Below, piece by piece: positions 51,779 to 52,807 of a DNA stretch of 52,807 nt. The stretch lies in NCBI GenBank assembly GCA_031374645.1, contig JANMGN010000225.1, positions 1-52,807 of the forward strand. The letters run 5' to 3'. A program made the position numbers and the translations under genes. The stretch is from Chitinophagales bacterium (GTDB taxonomy: Bacteria; Bacteroidota; Bacteroidia; Chitinophagales; Saprospiraceae). Each line of letters begins with the position of its first letter. Position 1 is the stretch's first letter. The notes beneath the pieces are model-generated. The model was not told where the DNA came from. It did no database searches and was given only the letters and a program-made list of their open reading frames with translations.

Positions 51779-52807
51779 ATGAAAAAAATAGGAATACTTT
51801 TTGGAATGGAAACGACATTTCCACCAGCATTTATTGAGCGTGTAAACCAAATTGCGGCACGTGAAGGCTTACAAATCGAAGCCGAAGTAGTTACTATCGA
51901 TAAGGTTCAGCAAGGACACCCGACAGAATATGCGGTTATTGTAGATAGGATTTCTCAAGACGTACCTTTTTATCGTGCTTATTTGAAAAATGCTGCTATT
52001 TGCGGAACAGCTGTCATCAATAACCCTTTTTGGTGGAGTTCTGATGAGAAATTTTTCAACAATGCTTTGGCTGTTCACGTTGGTATTCCAGTGCCACGCA
52101 CGGTGCTTTTACCTTCAAAAGATCATCCAGACAATACGTCGCCAAAGTCTTTTCGCAATTTAAAATATCCACTTTCTTGGGAAACAATATTTGACCATAT
52201 TGGCTTTCCTGCATTTATGAAACCACACGATGGTGGCGGTTGGAAAAGTGTATATCCGTTGGCAAACAGAGAAGAATTTTTTCAAGCCTACTCAGAAACG
52301 GGTCAGTTGGTAATGATGTTGCAAGAAGCAATCGAATTTGATGATTATTTCCGTTGCTATTGTTTAGGCAACAAATACGTACATATCATGCAGTACGAGC
52401 CACGAAATCCACATCATTTGCGCTACGTTTCTAATAATCCGCCTGCTACACCTGAGATGCTGGCTTTGGTAGAAAAATACGTTTTGGAACTGAACGGAGC
52501 TTTGGGTTACGACTTCAATACCGTAGAATTTGCTATCCGTGATGGCGTTCCTTATGCGATAGATTTCTGTAATCCTGCGCCTGATGCTGATGTACACTCT
52601 GTTGGACAAGCGAATTTTGAGTGGATTGTAGAGCATGCTGCTCGCTATGCAATCGAACGTGCTTTGTCGCTCAAAGAAGGTGGAATGAACTTGACTTGGG
52701 GAACTTTTATGCAAAACTCTGTTGCTGGAAACGGAATGTCAGATGTGATAACAGAAGCTCCTGCAAAAAAAGCTGCACCAAAAGCGAAAGCAAAAGCGAA
52801 AAAATAG
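51779..52807 (+). CDS. ATP-grasp domain ligase (RimK/glutathione-synthetase-like) with Lys/Ala-rich C-terminal tail
   Basis: 342 aa. ATP-grasp elements are present: DEKFFNNALAVHVGIPVP, FPAFMKPHDGGGWKSV, MMLQEAIEFDDYFRCY and NTVEFAIRDGVPYAIDFCNPAPD. It ends APAKKAAPKAKAKAKK-TAG exactly at the window edge. Confidence 0.7.
   Translation: MKKIGILFGMETTFPPAFIERVNQIAAREGLQIEAEVVTIDKVQQGHPTEYAVIVDRISQDVPFYRAYLKNAAICGTAVINNPFWWSSDEKFFNNALAVHVGIPVPRTVLLPSKDHPDNTSPKSFRNLKYPLSWETIFDHIGFPAFMKPHDGGGWKSVYPLANREEFFQAYSETGQLVMMLQEAIEFDDYFRCYCLGNKYVHIMQYEPRNPHHLRYVSNNPPATPEMLALVEKYVLELNGALGYDFNTVEFAIRDGVPYAIDFCNPAPDADVHSVGQANFEWIVEHAARYAIERALSLKEGGMNLTWGTFMQNSVAGNGMSDVITEAPAKKAAPKAKAKAKK

Overview
This is a 52.8-kb, low-GC, densely coding chromosomal segment, almost certainly from a member of the Bacteroidota (a gliding Cytophagia/Flavobacteriia-like organism). 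Four things support that assignment. There are two large secreted proteins with SprB-type repeats and T9SS C-terminal sorting domains (one type B, one type A). There is a lipoprotein glutaminyl-cyclase homolog. All three signal-peptidase-I substrates in the window start with Gln. Several genes are preceded by the Bacteroidetes -7 promoter motif TAnnTTTG.

I call about 36 protein-coding genes, mostly housekeeping or envelope functions:
- Opp/Dpp-type ABC permeases
- clpC and pepN
- A ccmE/ccmF pair
- An HD-domain protein plus an M48 peptidase
- An EamA transporter and radA
- A KirBac-like K+ channel plus kup
- A TMTC-like GT-C/TPR protein coupled to an FAD oxidoreductase
- An orphan OmpR-type response regulator and lysS
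- A YbbP-type FtsX permease
- A tetR-tolC-x-x-MFP-RND efflux operon
- hutI, an ArnT-like GT-C, priA and dprA
- Two tandem ATP-grasp ligases at the window edge

I found no rRNA, tRNA, CRISPR array, transposase, integrase or phage gene, so this reads as core genome rather than an island. I cannot point to a clearly novel multi-gene system.

The items most worth a second look are:
1. An in-frame TGA at a conserved Gly that cuts a 975-aa adhesin off from its T9SS sorting domain.
2. Two uncharacterised membrane-protein genes wedged inside the RND efflux operon, plus extra hydrophobic insertions in the RND pump itself.
3. The tandem non-paralogous ATP-grasp genes, the second carrying a Lys/Ala tail.
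4. A terminator/competitor hairpin arrangement in front of the K+ channel gene.
5. A CXXXY-type CcmE next to an unusually long CcmF.
6. A 101-nt inverted-repeat element stacked on a terminator.

All functional calls come from motif and family recognition by eye. No database search was run.
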